Shown piece by piece: positions 1 through 12,490 of a stretch of 64,000 nucleotides of DNA (position 1 is its first letter; each line of letters begins with the position of its first letter). Source of the DNA: Narcine bancroftii (taxonomy: Eukaryota); NCBI RefSeq assembly GCF_036971445.1, contig NC_091477.1:31186001-31250000 (forward strand). Direction: 5' to 3'. Under the pieces are notes generated by a model. That model worked only from the letters and a program-made list of their open reading frames with translations. It ran no database searches and was not told the origin of the DNA. The position numbers and the translations under genes were made by a program.

Positions 1-270
1 ACTATCCCTGCTCTGCCCTGAACCCAAACTATTACTTGCTTTCAATTATGTAGAGCTTGCTTCTTGCAGGAGTCCACCAGTGAAGGGAATGGAGATGCCA
101 GAAACACCTTCCTTAACAGTAGCGGAAGCTCTACAGGACAGCATTCATTCTCTTAGAATGATGCTTTTCATCTTTATGCTTAATTCCTTGAGCATCAACT
201 GATGTGGCTTAGGAATTGCACTCTGGCAGTCTTTGCCACACATGCTGCAGATGACAGGAGTGGATTGAGA
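1..270 (-). mobile_element. Degraded RTE-clade LINE 3' fragment
   Basis: Minus strand near 200-260 reads PVICSMCGKDCQS, resembling the RTE C-terminal CxxC finger. Boundaries approximate. Confidence 0.35.
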
Positions 271-614
271 AGCGGCAAAAATATGCTGGCCTATTTATCT
301 GGGCCCTCTTCTCAGCCAGCAGAGCTCAACTCAGGCAGACATAGTTATCTTCCAATGGAAGATCACTAACACTATCCAGAACAAAACAAAATCTGCACGT
401 CTAACATACCATCGGAAACAATCATTCGCCTTATAAATAATTATAGCTACAATATGTGCTATCTATAAAATAACACTTTCCCCTCATTTATTCCAATATC
501 ACCCACCAAATTAGCTGCTACTATGCCAAGACAAAAGGTGACAGGTGTATAGAAATGCCATCTACAACTTTTCAACAAGTCACAGAGCATCCTGATGGAA
601 GTGCAACATCAACA

Positions 615-790
615 TTATTGCAGTACCACCACCTAGGTTCGAATCCAGTGCTGTGTGGGTTTCCTCTGAGCTCTCTAGTTTTCTCCACTGTTTAAAAATG
701 GACAGTGTTTGTAGGCTAATTGGTGTATTGAGATGGTTCAGGGTCGTGGGCTGGAACAGCCTCCTACCATGCTGAACGTCTAATGAATTC
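615..790 (+). mobile_element. V-SINE (HE1-like), degraded
   Basis: B-box-like GGTTCGAATCC, V-domain remnant tgtgtgggtttcctctgagctctctagttttctccac, and a CR1-type tail. Confidence 0.6.
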
Positions 791-1445
791 TGGATGTAAA
801 TCCTAAAAATTTCTGTAAGTACAGTTTCCTTCAAATGGAAAACTACTACCTTCTCAAGAGCAGTTACTCTCACAGCCTATGCACAAGTTAAATGAAGCGT
901 GAGCCTATTGGAGCACTATGTAATGCTGAGTATTAAACTCTCAGCTGAGCAGCGCCAATAGAGTTGAAGTTGTTGTTGAAGATATGGATCATTTTATAAG
1001 GTTGCAGATTTCCTGCTCTTACGTTTATTTGCAATTGCATCATCTTGATTTTTCTGCAAGTCACAATCTCAATGATAATAAATTCATCTGCATCTCACCA
1101 ATCTTAGGTTTTGTTGCATTGTAAATTTGTAGATTACATTTGTAAATTTCTTGGACATGGGTGAAGGACCTGCTTTGCTGGGGTTTGAAGGGTAGAATGT
1201 TAAATGGTTAATCCAGATGCTTAAATGATTATCTCTAATGAACCACACTGACCTTTGCAACTTGATTTGACAAGTACTGGGAAAAAAAATCAATAGCCTT
1301 AACTAAGGACAATATGTCTGGTCAATGAGGAGTAATCAATGCAATTGATTAACCAAAAATGTAAAATATATACTAATTCAAGATAATTTTTCATGCTCTA
1401 AGTGGTGCTGCTAACATTTTGCCACTTTTTTTTTGAAAACCTCTC

Positions 1446-1845
1446 TTTTTTTATTTTTAAAAAATTTTTCACTCTGTGGACCATATTAACCAAAATACAC
1501 ACAAACATTTCCCTCTTGAATATACACAGTATCATTTTCTCCCCTTTTTCCCCCCTCCCTCCTTCCCACTCCCCTCCAAACCCATTAGACGTTCAGCATA
1601 TACAATACAATAAACCCATTAAACAATGTCATCACACAATGAAAATAAACAAGAAAATTGTGTCATCTACTTTTACACACTGGGTCAGTTCATTTTGTCT
1701 TCTTCTCCTTCTGTCATTTTAGGGGGTGGAGGTCGGCGGTAGGCCCTCTCTGTTGTGTTCCAAGTACGGTTCCCAAATTTGTTCGAATAATATGACTTTA
1801 TTTTTAAAATCATATGTTATTTTTTCCAATGGAATACAGTTATTC
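1446..1845 (-). mobile_element. L1-clade LINE 3' end (5'-truncated)
   Basis: Minus strand encodes NNCIPLEKITYDLKNKVILFEQIWEPYLEHNREGLPPTSTP*, typical of an L1-clade ORF2 C-terminus, then a G-rich 3' UTR and A-rich tail. Confidence 0.7.
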
Positions 1846-2334
1846 TCTCTCTTTACATGGGTATCTGAGATCTGTTTGTTTGGGGCTCAGAAGCGAAGGA
1901 GAATAATATCAATGGATCCTTATGTTTGCAATCTTCAGCAAAACAATATAATTGTGTCATGTTATTTACGTATTGGGCAAAATGTGATCATAATATTCAC
2001 ACTGATGAGTGATTGCCTCGAAATTTGTTAGCACCGTTTGGCAGCACTGACTGTGTTGTTCCTTAGTTCATTGATTAAAAGTTTAGAGCCTGAAGCAGGA
2101 TCTGTTGAAGAGAGGACTAGTTATCGGACTACAGGGTCTGAGAGGAGTTATGATTTAGGATCTAAGGGTAAAGAGGAGGTATGAGTTGGGACCTGGGGAT
2201 TAAGAAGAGTTACAACTTGAGAGATCATCAATTAACGATGAAGATTCCGAAATTGGTGTCAAGGTGCAGAGATAATGATTCAGTGAATAGTGCATAAGTG
2301 AAAATAGAACATAGATTGATTCAATCTGAAAATT

Positions 2335-2492
2335 GTCACAAGCATGTCCATGTGGACATGCTAAAACCTCTTGTAAGTCAGTTGGAAAGGTTGAAGTGGG
2401 TGGGGGGGGGGCCTTCATGTGTCTCTGGACTTTGGAGGTTTGGCAATGCATGCATATCCTGACTGAGTGCCCGACCTATGTGCACAGGGTGT
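2335..2492. repeat. Local duplicate of Gypsy integrase sequence (source ~3616-3752) flanked by a 10-bp direct repeat
   Basis: Near-identical to the stretch tggacatgctaaaacctcttgtaag...gtgcacagg at 3623-3749; TCTGAAAATT at 2325-2334 and 2493-2502. Confidence 0.85.
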
Positions 2493-2605
2493 TCTGAAAA
2501 TTAAATATTTACCTTCTAACACAACTTCCAAACAGATAGACCCGACTTTCGATGGTTCCACTTATGATTTTTCGAAGTTACGATGGTAGAATTCATACAC
2601 TACTT

Positions 2606-5600
2606 TGTAGTCATGCTAGCCAGCAAAAGACCACGCAGAGTCAAAGGTGAGTTGAACCAGCTGCTTCACTGATTCAAAAGCCGCACGCTTAAGTACCTTC
2701 TCACAGCAACCCATGCGACTCAGCCGCCAGGTTGTGGGCTTTCCCCACACTTGGAGCCCTTACAGTCAGATCTGCCTGGGCGAGCTACCAATGGACACCC
2801 CCCCACCCCCCAGAACTGGCATTAGTCAGTTAGTTTGGGTGGCCAACCTCGTCGGGGTGGGATTGGCGGAGTCACAGGGTGTTCCAGGTGGAGGTGCACT
2901 GACTTGAGGAGGTCAATGATGAAGGTCTCCTCATGTGGAGGATTCACATGGTTCCGTTCCGACACACCAGCTTGAATGGGCTGCTATGATGGAATCTAGT
3001 GCATTCCCTTGCGAACAAAAACGTAGCCACAGTCCTGGAGGTATTTGAGGACAAAAGAAGGTGTCAGGCCATGGCACGAGGTTGGGATGGGGGCTAGTGT
3101 TCCTACCTTCTCTCAGAATCTGCAGAGTGAACACCACAGCATGTGTCTCCTCTGTGCCACGAGCTGCTGGGACAAACTTGCCTGGAATCATCAGAGCGGC
3201 GCTGTGTACCAACTCTGGCAACGACATGGCTAAGTCTTCTTTGGGAGCCATGTGGATGCCAAGAAGCACCCATGAGAGCTCATCTACCCAATTCAGGCCT
3301 CAGAGGCATGCCATCAGTGCCGATTTCTGGTGCTGATGGAACTGTTCTACCAGGCCATTGGACTGCGGATGATAGACCGTGGTGTGGTGCAGCTGGGTAC
3401 CAAATAGCTTTGCCAGTGACAACCATAGGCTGGATGTAAACTGCGACCCGCCTGACTGAAGTGATGTTGGCAGGCGGCCAGTTTACGATGAGAGATCTGG
3501 TGCAGGACTTAGTGGACAAATCGACGAGTGGTACGGCTTCTGGCAACCTGGTGAACCTGTCAATCATGGTGAACAGATACCTTGCCTCTCGAGAGACCAG
3601 CAGTGGACTGACGACGTCCACATGGACATGCTAAAACCTCTTGTAAGTCGGTTGGAAAGGATGAAGGGGGGGCCTTCATGTGTCTCTGGACTTTGGAAGT
3701 TTGGCAATGCATGCATATCCTGGCCGAGTGCCCGACCTGTGTGCACAGGCTGTGTAAAATTAATCTATCCACCACCAGTCAGATGATTGCCCAAATGGAT
3801 GGGTGGGCCAAACCATGTAGTGCGTCAAAAAAATGTTACACCTCCAAATGGGAGGAAATATAGGCTAGGGTTGGCCAGTGGACACACGTCACAGAGGAGG
3901 TTGGTGCATGTTGGGCCAATAGGGATGTCCTCAAGTTGCAGGCCGGAGATTGCGGTGGGGTAGGCCGGCATTTCTTCGCCCAGCTACTGTGCCTCAGCGA
4001 GTGCCGCTTAGTCCAACCCCGGGGACAACGATTGCACCGAGTTGATGGAGGTGCGAGAGAGTGTGTCAGCCACAGCGTTGTTTTTCCCGAAGTTGTGTTT
4101 GACGGTGGTGGTATACTCCAATGACAGGTGACATTGCTGCAGTGCTGACCATGGATCCAACACTTTGGCAAATGAGAAGGTGAAGGGTTTGTGGTCCATG
4201 AAGACTGTGAACTATCGCCCCTCCAAGAAATACCGAAAGTGCTGGATGGCAAGATAGTGGGCTAGCAACTCCCTGCTGAAGGTGCTATATTTCAGTGCTG
4301 GGTGGAGGGGAGGGGAAGGGGGTTCACAGGTACTGGCTGAAGAATGTGAGTGGTTTCCACTGACCCTCAATTAGTTATTCTAGCATGCTGCTGACAGCTG
4401 AGTTGAAAGCATCAACTCTAAAGGCTGTGGGAACATCCACCCGCAGATGTATCAGGAAGGCGGCATTGGCCAGGGCGTCCTTGGCCTGCTCAAATGCTGC
4501 CGTTGACTCCGTGTTCCAGGTTATTTGCTTGGCCTTGCCGGATATCAGACCGAACAGGGGTCTCATGAACCGGGCTGCTGACGGTTGGAATCGGTAGTAA
4601 AAGTTAATCATGCCCATCAACTCCTGTAGGCCCTTGACTGCACTGGGCCAGCCAAACGAGCGTATGGCCTTGACTTTTGCCACCATGGGAATTGGTCCAT
4701 GCCAATCGATGCTGTGCCCAAGGAAATCAATGGCCGACAGTCTGAACCAGCACTTTGTGAGGATGATAGCCAGACCATATTCACTCAGGTGGCGGTAGAG
4801 ATAGTGCAAGTCCGTCAAATGCCCTTGGTACAAGCAACTAGCAATCAGGATAGCATCTAAGTAGATGAGGATGAAATCCAAGCCACACCCCATTGAGTCC
4901 ATGAGCCACTGGAATGTCTGTGCCAAGTTCTTGATTTCAAAAGGCATCCGCAGGAAATTGAATATGCCAAAAGGGGTGATGAGGGCTGTCTTGGGGATGT
5001 CGTTGGGGTGGATGGGAATCTGGTGATACCCGTGGACCAGGTCGACCTTGGAGAAGACGTGTGCCCCATGCAAAATGACCGTAAAATCCTGAATATGGGA
5101 CACTGGGTAGCAGTCTGCTGTGGTGGCATCATTGAGCCTTCTGTAATGGCCGCATGGTCTCCATCCTCCAGCTGACTGGGGCACCACGTGCAGTGGAGAA
5201 GCATGGGCTGTTTGAGTGGCGGACGATCCTCATCTCCTTCATTTTCTTGAACTCCTCATTGGCAAGGCAGAGCTTGTTTGGCAAAAACCTATGTGCTTGG
5301 GTGTGTAGCGGAGGTCCTTGAGTGGGAATGTGGTGCTGTACACCATGTTTTGGGGCATCTTTGGAGAACCGTGGTGTGATAATGATCGGGAATTCCACTA
5401 GTACTCTAGCAAATTCATTGCCTGACAGAGTCCAGGTGTGGGACCACTAACTTGGCTTCACCGAGCATGAAGGTCTGGAAAGTCTTGGCATTCACTAGGC
5501 TCCGTCCCATGAGGTCCACTAGGAGGCAGCGCGCCAAGAGCGCCCAATTAAGGCTGCGACACTGCTGCCAGCATAAATGACCTTGTGAAATGGCTGGAAC

Positions 5601-6670
5601 TGAACTGTAGTGGGATGGTTCACGTGCTGTATGTTCGAATACTGCCTTTGTTGGCAGTGGTGAGCACCGGTCCTGACTTCCTGGCACGGGTGTCATAGAT
5701 CGATGGGGAGCAAGACACTAACCTCTGCCCATGTCTATGGAGAAAGTTTGCCCAGAGTGTCAGTCCCACAAGTATAGGAGGCTATCACAGAGGCTGGCCA
5801 CCATTAGTGATGGCCTGCCCTGGCATTTCCTGGGAAAAAAAAAACAGGGTGGGCAGCAATGGTAGGCTTATGAACCCCACTTTTGGTGGTAAAAACACCC
5901 TGCTGTGGGTGTTGTTGGTTACATTGGTGGCGTGGGGAAGGCCTGGGCCTTAGGGCGTGATGCAGCAACTTGGTTGATGGAGGCCCTGTCCTGCTGCGTG
6001 GGTCAATCTCTAGTGATGAGGAGCCATATATCTTCTTTGGCACCTGCTGAAAAAAGACTTATTCGAACAGTAAACGCGGCTTACGGCCATCCACTAGTTC
6101 CAGCATTTTATTCGACGTGCGTTACCTAGGCTGTCTATGAGCAGCAACTGCGCTGCGCATTCATGGCGGCAGAGGCTAAAAGTACAGATCAGGAGTGTCT
6201 TGATTGTCTGTAACTGGTGACTGGTATAGGAAGTCAATAATGCAACCTGCTGTTTTCCCAGTTGAGTGAACCAACCACATAGTAGTACTTTGTGGTGTCC
6301 GAGACAATTTGCCTGACCCAGAATTGGGCTTCAGCCTGTTCAAACCAGACCAGTGGCTGCGAGGTCCATAAAGTTGGCAGTTTCTATGAAACTATATTCT
6401 GCATGCTTGGGTTGATCATCGTTGGGTCCAAATGCTGTTTGGACCATCAAGATCACCAATGTAGTCGTGCTAGCCATGGAAAGAGTAAAAGACCACTCAG
6501 AGTTGAAGGTGAGTTGAACCAACTGCTTTACTGATTTAAAAGCTGTGCGCTTAAATACCCTTTCACAGCAACCGCGGAGTGGAACTGATGACAGCTGCCA
6601 GTCACATCTGCCACGGACTTGCCTGTGAATCAGTGAGCCAGTTCATCTGTTGTGTGGGTGAGCTGCCACA
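2606..6670 (-). mobile_element. Gypsy/Ty3 LTR retrotransposon, near full length, decayed
   Basis: LTRs at 2606-~2790 and 6460-6670. Perfect 4-bp TSD ACTT (2602-2605, 6671-6674). PBS TGGTGATC next to the 5' LTR and a G-rich PPT at ~2798-2811. Frameshifted gag (KLPTLWTSQPLVWFEQAEAQF), RT, RNase H (DHKPF) and integrase (YLFTMIDRFTRLPEAVPL) in Gypsy order. Confidence 0.95.
4375..5187 (-). pseudogene. Gypsy reverse transcriptase remnant
   Basis: GGWRPCGHYRRLNDAT, FSKVDLVHGYHQIP, KTALITPFG and MPFEIKN; catalytic YLDD is mutated to YLDA. Confidence 0.9.
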
Positions 6671-7335
6671 ACTTTGAACTTTGGCTAGGCTAGGCTTTGA
6701 TGTTCAGTGTCTCCTCTCAGCCTGAATCAGACTCCACATTGATCCCACTGCCCTGTGCCCTCCCGACAGCCCACTATCAGTCCCCACACTGATCCCACTG
6801 CCCTTTTTCGGCTTAAGATTCTTTTGACTTATGGTGGGAGTGACAGAACGTAACCCCATCGTAGGTTGAGGACTACCTGTATATTGCTGCCTGATATGTT
6901 TGCTAGCATCAAATTAATTGGTCAGACTTTCAGTTTGCTATCCTGATAAGAATTGGATGAATGAAAGTTAAGGGTCATGGCGACAGACATTTCTCTTCAG
7001 AACAAGATTAATTGCAGTTTTCATTGCCACCATTGCTACAACTAAACCTGAGCTGAAGGATGCAATTCTGTGTTAGCTCTGGTAGTTATGAATACTAATA
7101 CAGTAGTGAATGTGTTACCTGATCTCCTAGACATAGTTTTCCTTCCTCATTATGCACAAAACTCTCAGAATGAATGAAAAGTTCTGCAATTCTTTTCTCT
7201 GTTTGCCCTTTCACTGGATCACGGATTAATAAATCATTTTGATGCACTTCACAAAGACTTGTTTCAGATTTTGTAAGATATACACTTAAAGACATTCTTG
7301 GAATCTTAACAGCAATTCTTCCAAAGTCCACTTGC

Positions 7336-7730
7336 ACTCATTCACTCAGGTGCCTTGCCGTTCGGCGTAGGGGATCATGTCTCTCCATCCGTCACAATCT
7401 CTGACCCTCTGAGTTGTAGTTGCCACCTCCCCTATTCTCCTTTGATGAAAAATACTGGTGGTTTTCAGTTGCCTTCTTCAGTTGCAGTGTCCACACTGGA
7501 TGGGTAACCCTGGCCATTGATCCGCAGATTCATCTGCCCAGCGTTTTTAGCTTTACAACCATAAATTCCAATTTGTGTAGCGTGTTCTTGTAAAAACCAT
7601 CCATCATCTGCAATTCATGGCTTCCCGTGACCCTGATTGGGAAGTTAAACAAGGTACTGCACCTTGCCCAAGGCTATCAGATGGAATGAGCACCTTACAC
7701 CTACTGAGCAATTGCACAGCACCGACACCG
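7336..7730 (-). mobile_element. Probable non-autonomous retroelement (RTE-related SINE-like)
   Basis: Short-repeat tail (actcattcactca) and an RTE-3'-like body; recognised only by resemblance. Confidence 0.3.
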
Positions 7731-8689
7731 AATCTCACTTGCAGTAAGATTCAAATAAATCACCATTTAGTTGTTTTGAACTCCTGATGGACCTGAACCT
7801 TGCTCACAGAATTATTACATCACCTTGCTCTCTTAAATCTCACTGGGACATTATTTTTGATGCTGACATAAAATTAACCAAGGAATTGGTTCCAGCACTC
7901 CCTTTCAATACACAAGGACTGTATTTCCCACATTTCCTTTTGTTCATTGAGCCCTGTTTCCCACTCTCCATTTAGACTTAAGGGACCCTGTTTTATTTGT
8001 GTTCCTTTTAATCTCATTGGGCTCATTTGAAAATAAATTATACCACTGTGTAATATTTAAAACAAAGCACATTGAATGTGTGGGGACACAGAAACTGCAA
8101 ATGTTGGAATCTGGAGCAAAAACTGCTGGTCAAAGCAGCCTCAGGAGAGAAAAAGGAATAGTCAACATTTTTCATTGAATTCCTTCATCAAGACTAAAGT
8201 AACTGTATGTTGGGTATAATTAGGAACAATATCCAATATACCAGAATATCTGCCAGTCTGGCATTACCCAAGTCTTAAGGGTGCTGTATTATCAGAGTTC
8301 AACTCTATGCAGAAGTTTATTCCCTACAGTACAGTCGCTGTTCTGTTACTGACAAAATCAATATCAATATAGCAATATTACTTCTGTCAGGGCAACCCAG
8401 ATCACCAATACTGCTGGCTTTCTGCCATTCCTCTGATGCCAGGGCTTCTTTAAGCCATTCTACAAAATGCAGGCTGCTACAATCATCCAGGCTCCTATCA
8501 TACAAGCTGTCTGCACAGACGATGGAAAGGGAATAACACAAACTTGCACATGCATGTGGAAAATAGATCTGTTTGCCATACCACATACAATGAAAATGGA
8601 ACATTTCAGGAAATTGATTTAAAATGTCCTTTATATACTGCTTGAATACTTTAGTAAAAGCAAAGCAGTAATTATAATTTTTTTTCAAT

Positions 8690-8945
8690 TAAAAAATATT
8701 TAGACATCCAGCATGTAAACAGGACCTATCAACTCATGAGCCCATGCCACCCAATTACACCCAATTGACCTGCAACCCCTGATACACTTTGAATGGTAGG
8801 AGGAAACCAGAGCACCTTGAGGAAACCCACACAGGCATGGGGAGAATGTCCAAGCTCCTTACAGACAGCACAGGATATGAACCCCAATCGCTGGTGCTGG
8901 AACAGAATTGCACAAACTGCCCCCTATGCTAACAGGGCCATTCCC
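8690..8945 (-). mobile_element. V-SINE (HE1-like)
   Basis: Reverse V-domain ggaggaaaccagagcaccttgaggaaacccacacaggcatggggagaatgtccaagctccttacagacagc with a CR1-type tail. Confidence 0.75.
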
Positions 8946-8959
8946 TCAACCAAGAGTAC

Positions 8960-9318
8960 ATCACGGCTGTGGTGTACATTAACTACAAAATGCATTGCAA
9001 GAGCTTGCCAAGGTTTTGTCAGCAGAATCTCCCTAACCCACAACTCCAAGGATCTGAAAGGATGAGGGTAAGTAGGTTGCATGGGATGACCAACTACAAC
9101 ATCTTTTTCATGTCACTCATTATCCTCATTCTTTGTTAACATCAAGTAAAACCCTAGAAACCCTAACTCAACAGAATTATGGAGTACTTTCTCCAACAGG
9201 AATGCAACAATTTAAATAGATAATGCATTACCACCATCATCAGAAAGGTAATTAGGGCTGTGTATTTAAATAATGACCTTTCCTTTCGACACCTGCATCC
9301 CTTGAGAGTGAAAAAAAT
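8960..9318 (+). mobile_element. Old CR1/L2-group LINE 3' end
   Basis: Degraded 3' sequence ending cacctgcatcccttgagagtgaaaaaaa. Confidence 0.45.
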
Positions 9319-10797
9319 AGACCGCAGTAGAATCAATGCTTGACATTTATTCTAATCATGTGGATTCCGAGTATTTTGTGTGAACTGTGTCGTTGATAAT
9401 AGGAACAGTAATTGACATTTTCAAATCTAATTTGAGATCATGATTTTACATTATTTGAGACCCTATTAATTAAAAAAAAATTGTTTGCTGTGAAATTGGC
9501 ATGAAATTAACTATTTTTAATTTTGATCTGTCAGTTTAAGATTTAAATAAAATTACTACAATATAACTTATTTCAGGTATAATTTTTTTATGTCAGCTGA
9601 TCATTTTAATGATTCTGATATTTCATGTAACAAAATTAAAATTTAAAGATATTAATATGAAACTAGTGCAATTCTCCAGTGGCACAAGTTACCGTGAATG
9701 GGGGAAAATGCATTAATCTGCCTCAATAATTTCATCCTGAAACACAACATATTGAAATCTCATGAACAAATTAAATGACTGTTTTTTCTTCTTATAATTA
9801 ACTAGGCTTCTTTATCAATGTGTAATTATTACTGTTGGCTTTCCAGTTATTTTTTGTGTAATATACACTTTGAATTATCTCTCTTTCTACATGTCAAAAT
9901 ACTTTTCTTGTTCCATTCTTACTCTGTACATCTTTTTCTGTAGTTCGTATACCTGCCAATTTCCCTATTTCTCCTATTTGTATTTCAGTTTTAATTCACT
10001 CAGTTTCCATCTCTGACATTTCCTGTGAGCTGAGAAATGCTGTAAAATGGGAGGCCACATTTGAAGATCGCTACTTGGTGGGGCTGGGCTGCAAATAAGT
10101 GACATTTTATAAAGTGTAAGAGATAAACAGAAAGTTTCAGAAAGGATCTGTAAATTTCTAGGGTGAAATAAACAGGGGATTGTGGCTTGTCTTTGTGCTG
10201 GGTACATTAGGCTCATGCAGGAATAAAAGGGCTTGAACAAAATACAAAAATAATAAACATTGCATATCCTTGTAACATAGATAATAACATTCACACACAA
10301 CAAATGTTAAAAAAAATATAAATAGTCCATTAAAGACTGACATTAATTAAGGGTGGCTGAGACTGACCAGAGGTACAAGGAAGACCCAGGAGCATTTACA
10401 CAGAATAAAGTATTCACATCTATGGCAGACCAGAAGACTGGAAGAACCAAACAGGTTGAACCTTGGTTTCTGAAGTTGGAAGACAATAAGTTGGGGTAGA
10501 GAACTGCATGATCATTTTGGAGCCAGAAATCACCTCTACTGCTGTTGTCTTGGTACAATAGAGAAGGTTGGTCAGGGATATATGTTAGTTTGGAGGGGGA
10601 TGATAGTTTGATGTTGAGTGGATTTGGAAAAAATGGGAAAGATGGGCTTTGAGAAACATTACAAAATGGTACTGGAATGATAGCCAATTGTACAGGTCTT
10701 ACCTAGGTCTCAGGGACAAGCTCAAGTTTACAAGCAATCAGCTTGGAGATGACAGATGACCATGCCAAAACATACCAAAGTGGTGGCAAGTATTAAC

Positions 10798-11035
10798 TTT
10801 TTTAGTTTAGAGATACAGTATGGTAACATGCCCTTTCACCCCACGAGCTTGCGCTGCCCAATCCCACCCATGTGACCAATTAATCTATTAACCCCGTACA
10901 TTGTTGGAATGTGGGAGAAAACCACAGCACTTTGAGGAAATCTATATGGTCACAGATAGAATGTAAAAACTCCTTACAGACAGACAACGCTGGATTCAAA
11001 CACAGGTCACTGGTGCTGTAATAGTGTTGCATTAC
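10798..11035 (-). mobile_element. V-SINE (HE1-like)
   Basis: Same reverse V-domain (ggaatgtgggagaaaaccacagcac...aaactccttacagacag) and tRNA-like head as other copies. Confidence 0.75.
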
Positions 11036-11353
11036 CTGGAATTAATAGGGATCTAAGGCCATAATTTAAAAAAAATAACCAAAGGGGATTTTAAATAGAA
11101 TTGGCTGACAAACAAAAGACACAAACAAAAAGGATTGCATGTGTGTAATAATTTAATGATTTAAAGTAATATTTGAAAAATGTCACTTAAAAAAGTTGCA
11201 GAAAGAGGTGTCCAATTCTTACTTTACATTCAAACATTAAGTATCATTTTCTTGTCTTTATTAAATTTAGTCAAATATTAAAGTGAATACATCAGTACAG
11301 TTATGCTTGAAACACATTTAAAAAATAATATGAATTTCATTATCTAAATGCTA

Positions 11354-12490
11354 TTTTTTTTTTGGCTTGGCTTCGCGGACAAAGATTTATGGAGGGATAT
11401 GTCCACGTCTGCTGCAGGCTCGTTGGTGACTGACAAGTCCGATGCGGGACAGGCAGGCACGGTTGCAGCGGTTACAAGGGAAAATTGGTTGGTTGGGGTT
11501 GGGTGTTGGGTTTTTCCTCCTTTGTCTTTTGTCAGTGAGGTGGGCTCTGCGGTCTTCTTCAAAGGAGGTTGCAGCCCGCCGAACTGTGAGGCACCAAGAT
11601 GCACGGTTGGAGGCGATATCAGCCCACTGGTGGTGGTCAATGTGGCAGGCACCAAGAGATTTCTTTAAGCAGTCCTTGTACCTCTTCTTTGGTGCACCTC
11701 TGTCTCGGTGGCCAGTGGAGAGCTCGCCATATAACACGATCTTGGGAAGGTGATGGTCCTCCATTCTGGAGATGTGACCCACCCAGCGCAGTTGGGTCTT
11801 CAGCAGCGTGGATTCGATGCTTGCGGATTCTGCCAGCTCGAGTACTTTGATGTTGGTGATGAAGTCATTCCAATGAATGTTGAGGATGGAGCGGAGACAA
11901 CGCTGATGGAAGCGTTCTAGGAGCCGTAGGTGATGCCGGTAGAGGACCCATGATTCGGAGCAGAACAGGAGAGTGGGTATGACAACGGCTGTGTACACGC
12001 TGATCTTTGTGTGTTTCTTCAGGTGATTATTTTTCCAGATTCTTTTGTATAGTCTTCCAAAGGCGCTATTTGCCTTGGTGAGTCTGTTGTCTATCTCTTT
12101 GTCGATCCTTGCATCAGATGAAATGGTGCAGCCAAGGTAGGTTAACTGGTTGAATGTTTTGAGTTCTGTGTGCCCGATGGAGATGTGGGGGGCTGATAGT
12201 CATGGTGGGGAGCTGGCTGATGGAGGACCTCAGTTTTCTTCAGGCTGACTTCCAGGCCAAACATTTTGGCAGTTTCTGCAAAACAGGACGTCATGCGCTG
12301 GAGAGCTGGCTCTGAATGGGCAACTAAAGCGGCATCGTCTGCCAAGAGTAGTTCACGCTCTTGTGTCTTGGTGTGAGCTTGCAGGCGCCTCAGATTGAAG
12401 AGACTGCCATCCGTGTGATACCGGATGTAAACAGCGTCTTCATTGTTGAGTTTTTCATGGCTTGCTTCAGCATCATGCTGAAGAAGATAG
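11354..12490 (-). mobile_element. RTE-clade LINE, 5'-truncated, fairly young
   Basis: RT motif LLADDAALVAHSE and ORF 11387-11998 (YTAVVIPTLL...ERFHQRCLRSIL...CNRCNRACLSRIGLVSHQRAC); A-tail at 11354-11363. Confidence 0.92.

Larger units (their letters stand above)
2533..6879. mobile_element. Tigger/pogo-type (MER47-like) MITE split by a Gypsy insertion (arms 2533-2605 and 6671-6879)
   Basis: Left terminus CAGATAGACCCGACTTTCGATGG; right terminus CCATCGTAGGTTGAGGACTACCTG followed by TA. These are imperfect inverted repeats of the Tigger type. Confidence 0.7.

Noticed and set aside
8448-8463. VEWLK as the start of the UNC5 exon encoding VEWLKNED
   Set aside because: No acceptor AG directly before it, and the following residues (EALASEEW) do not match NED..DP.
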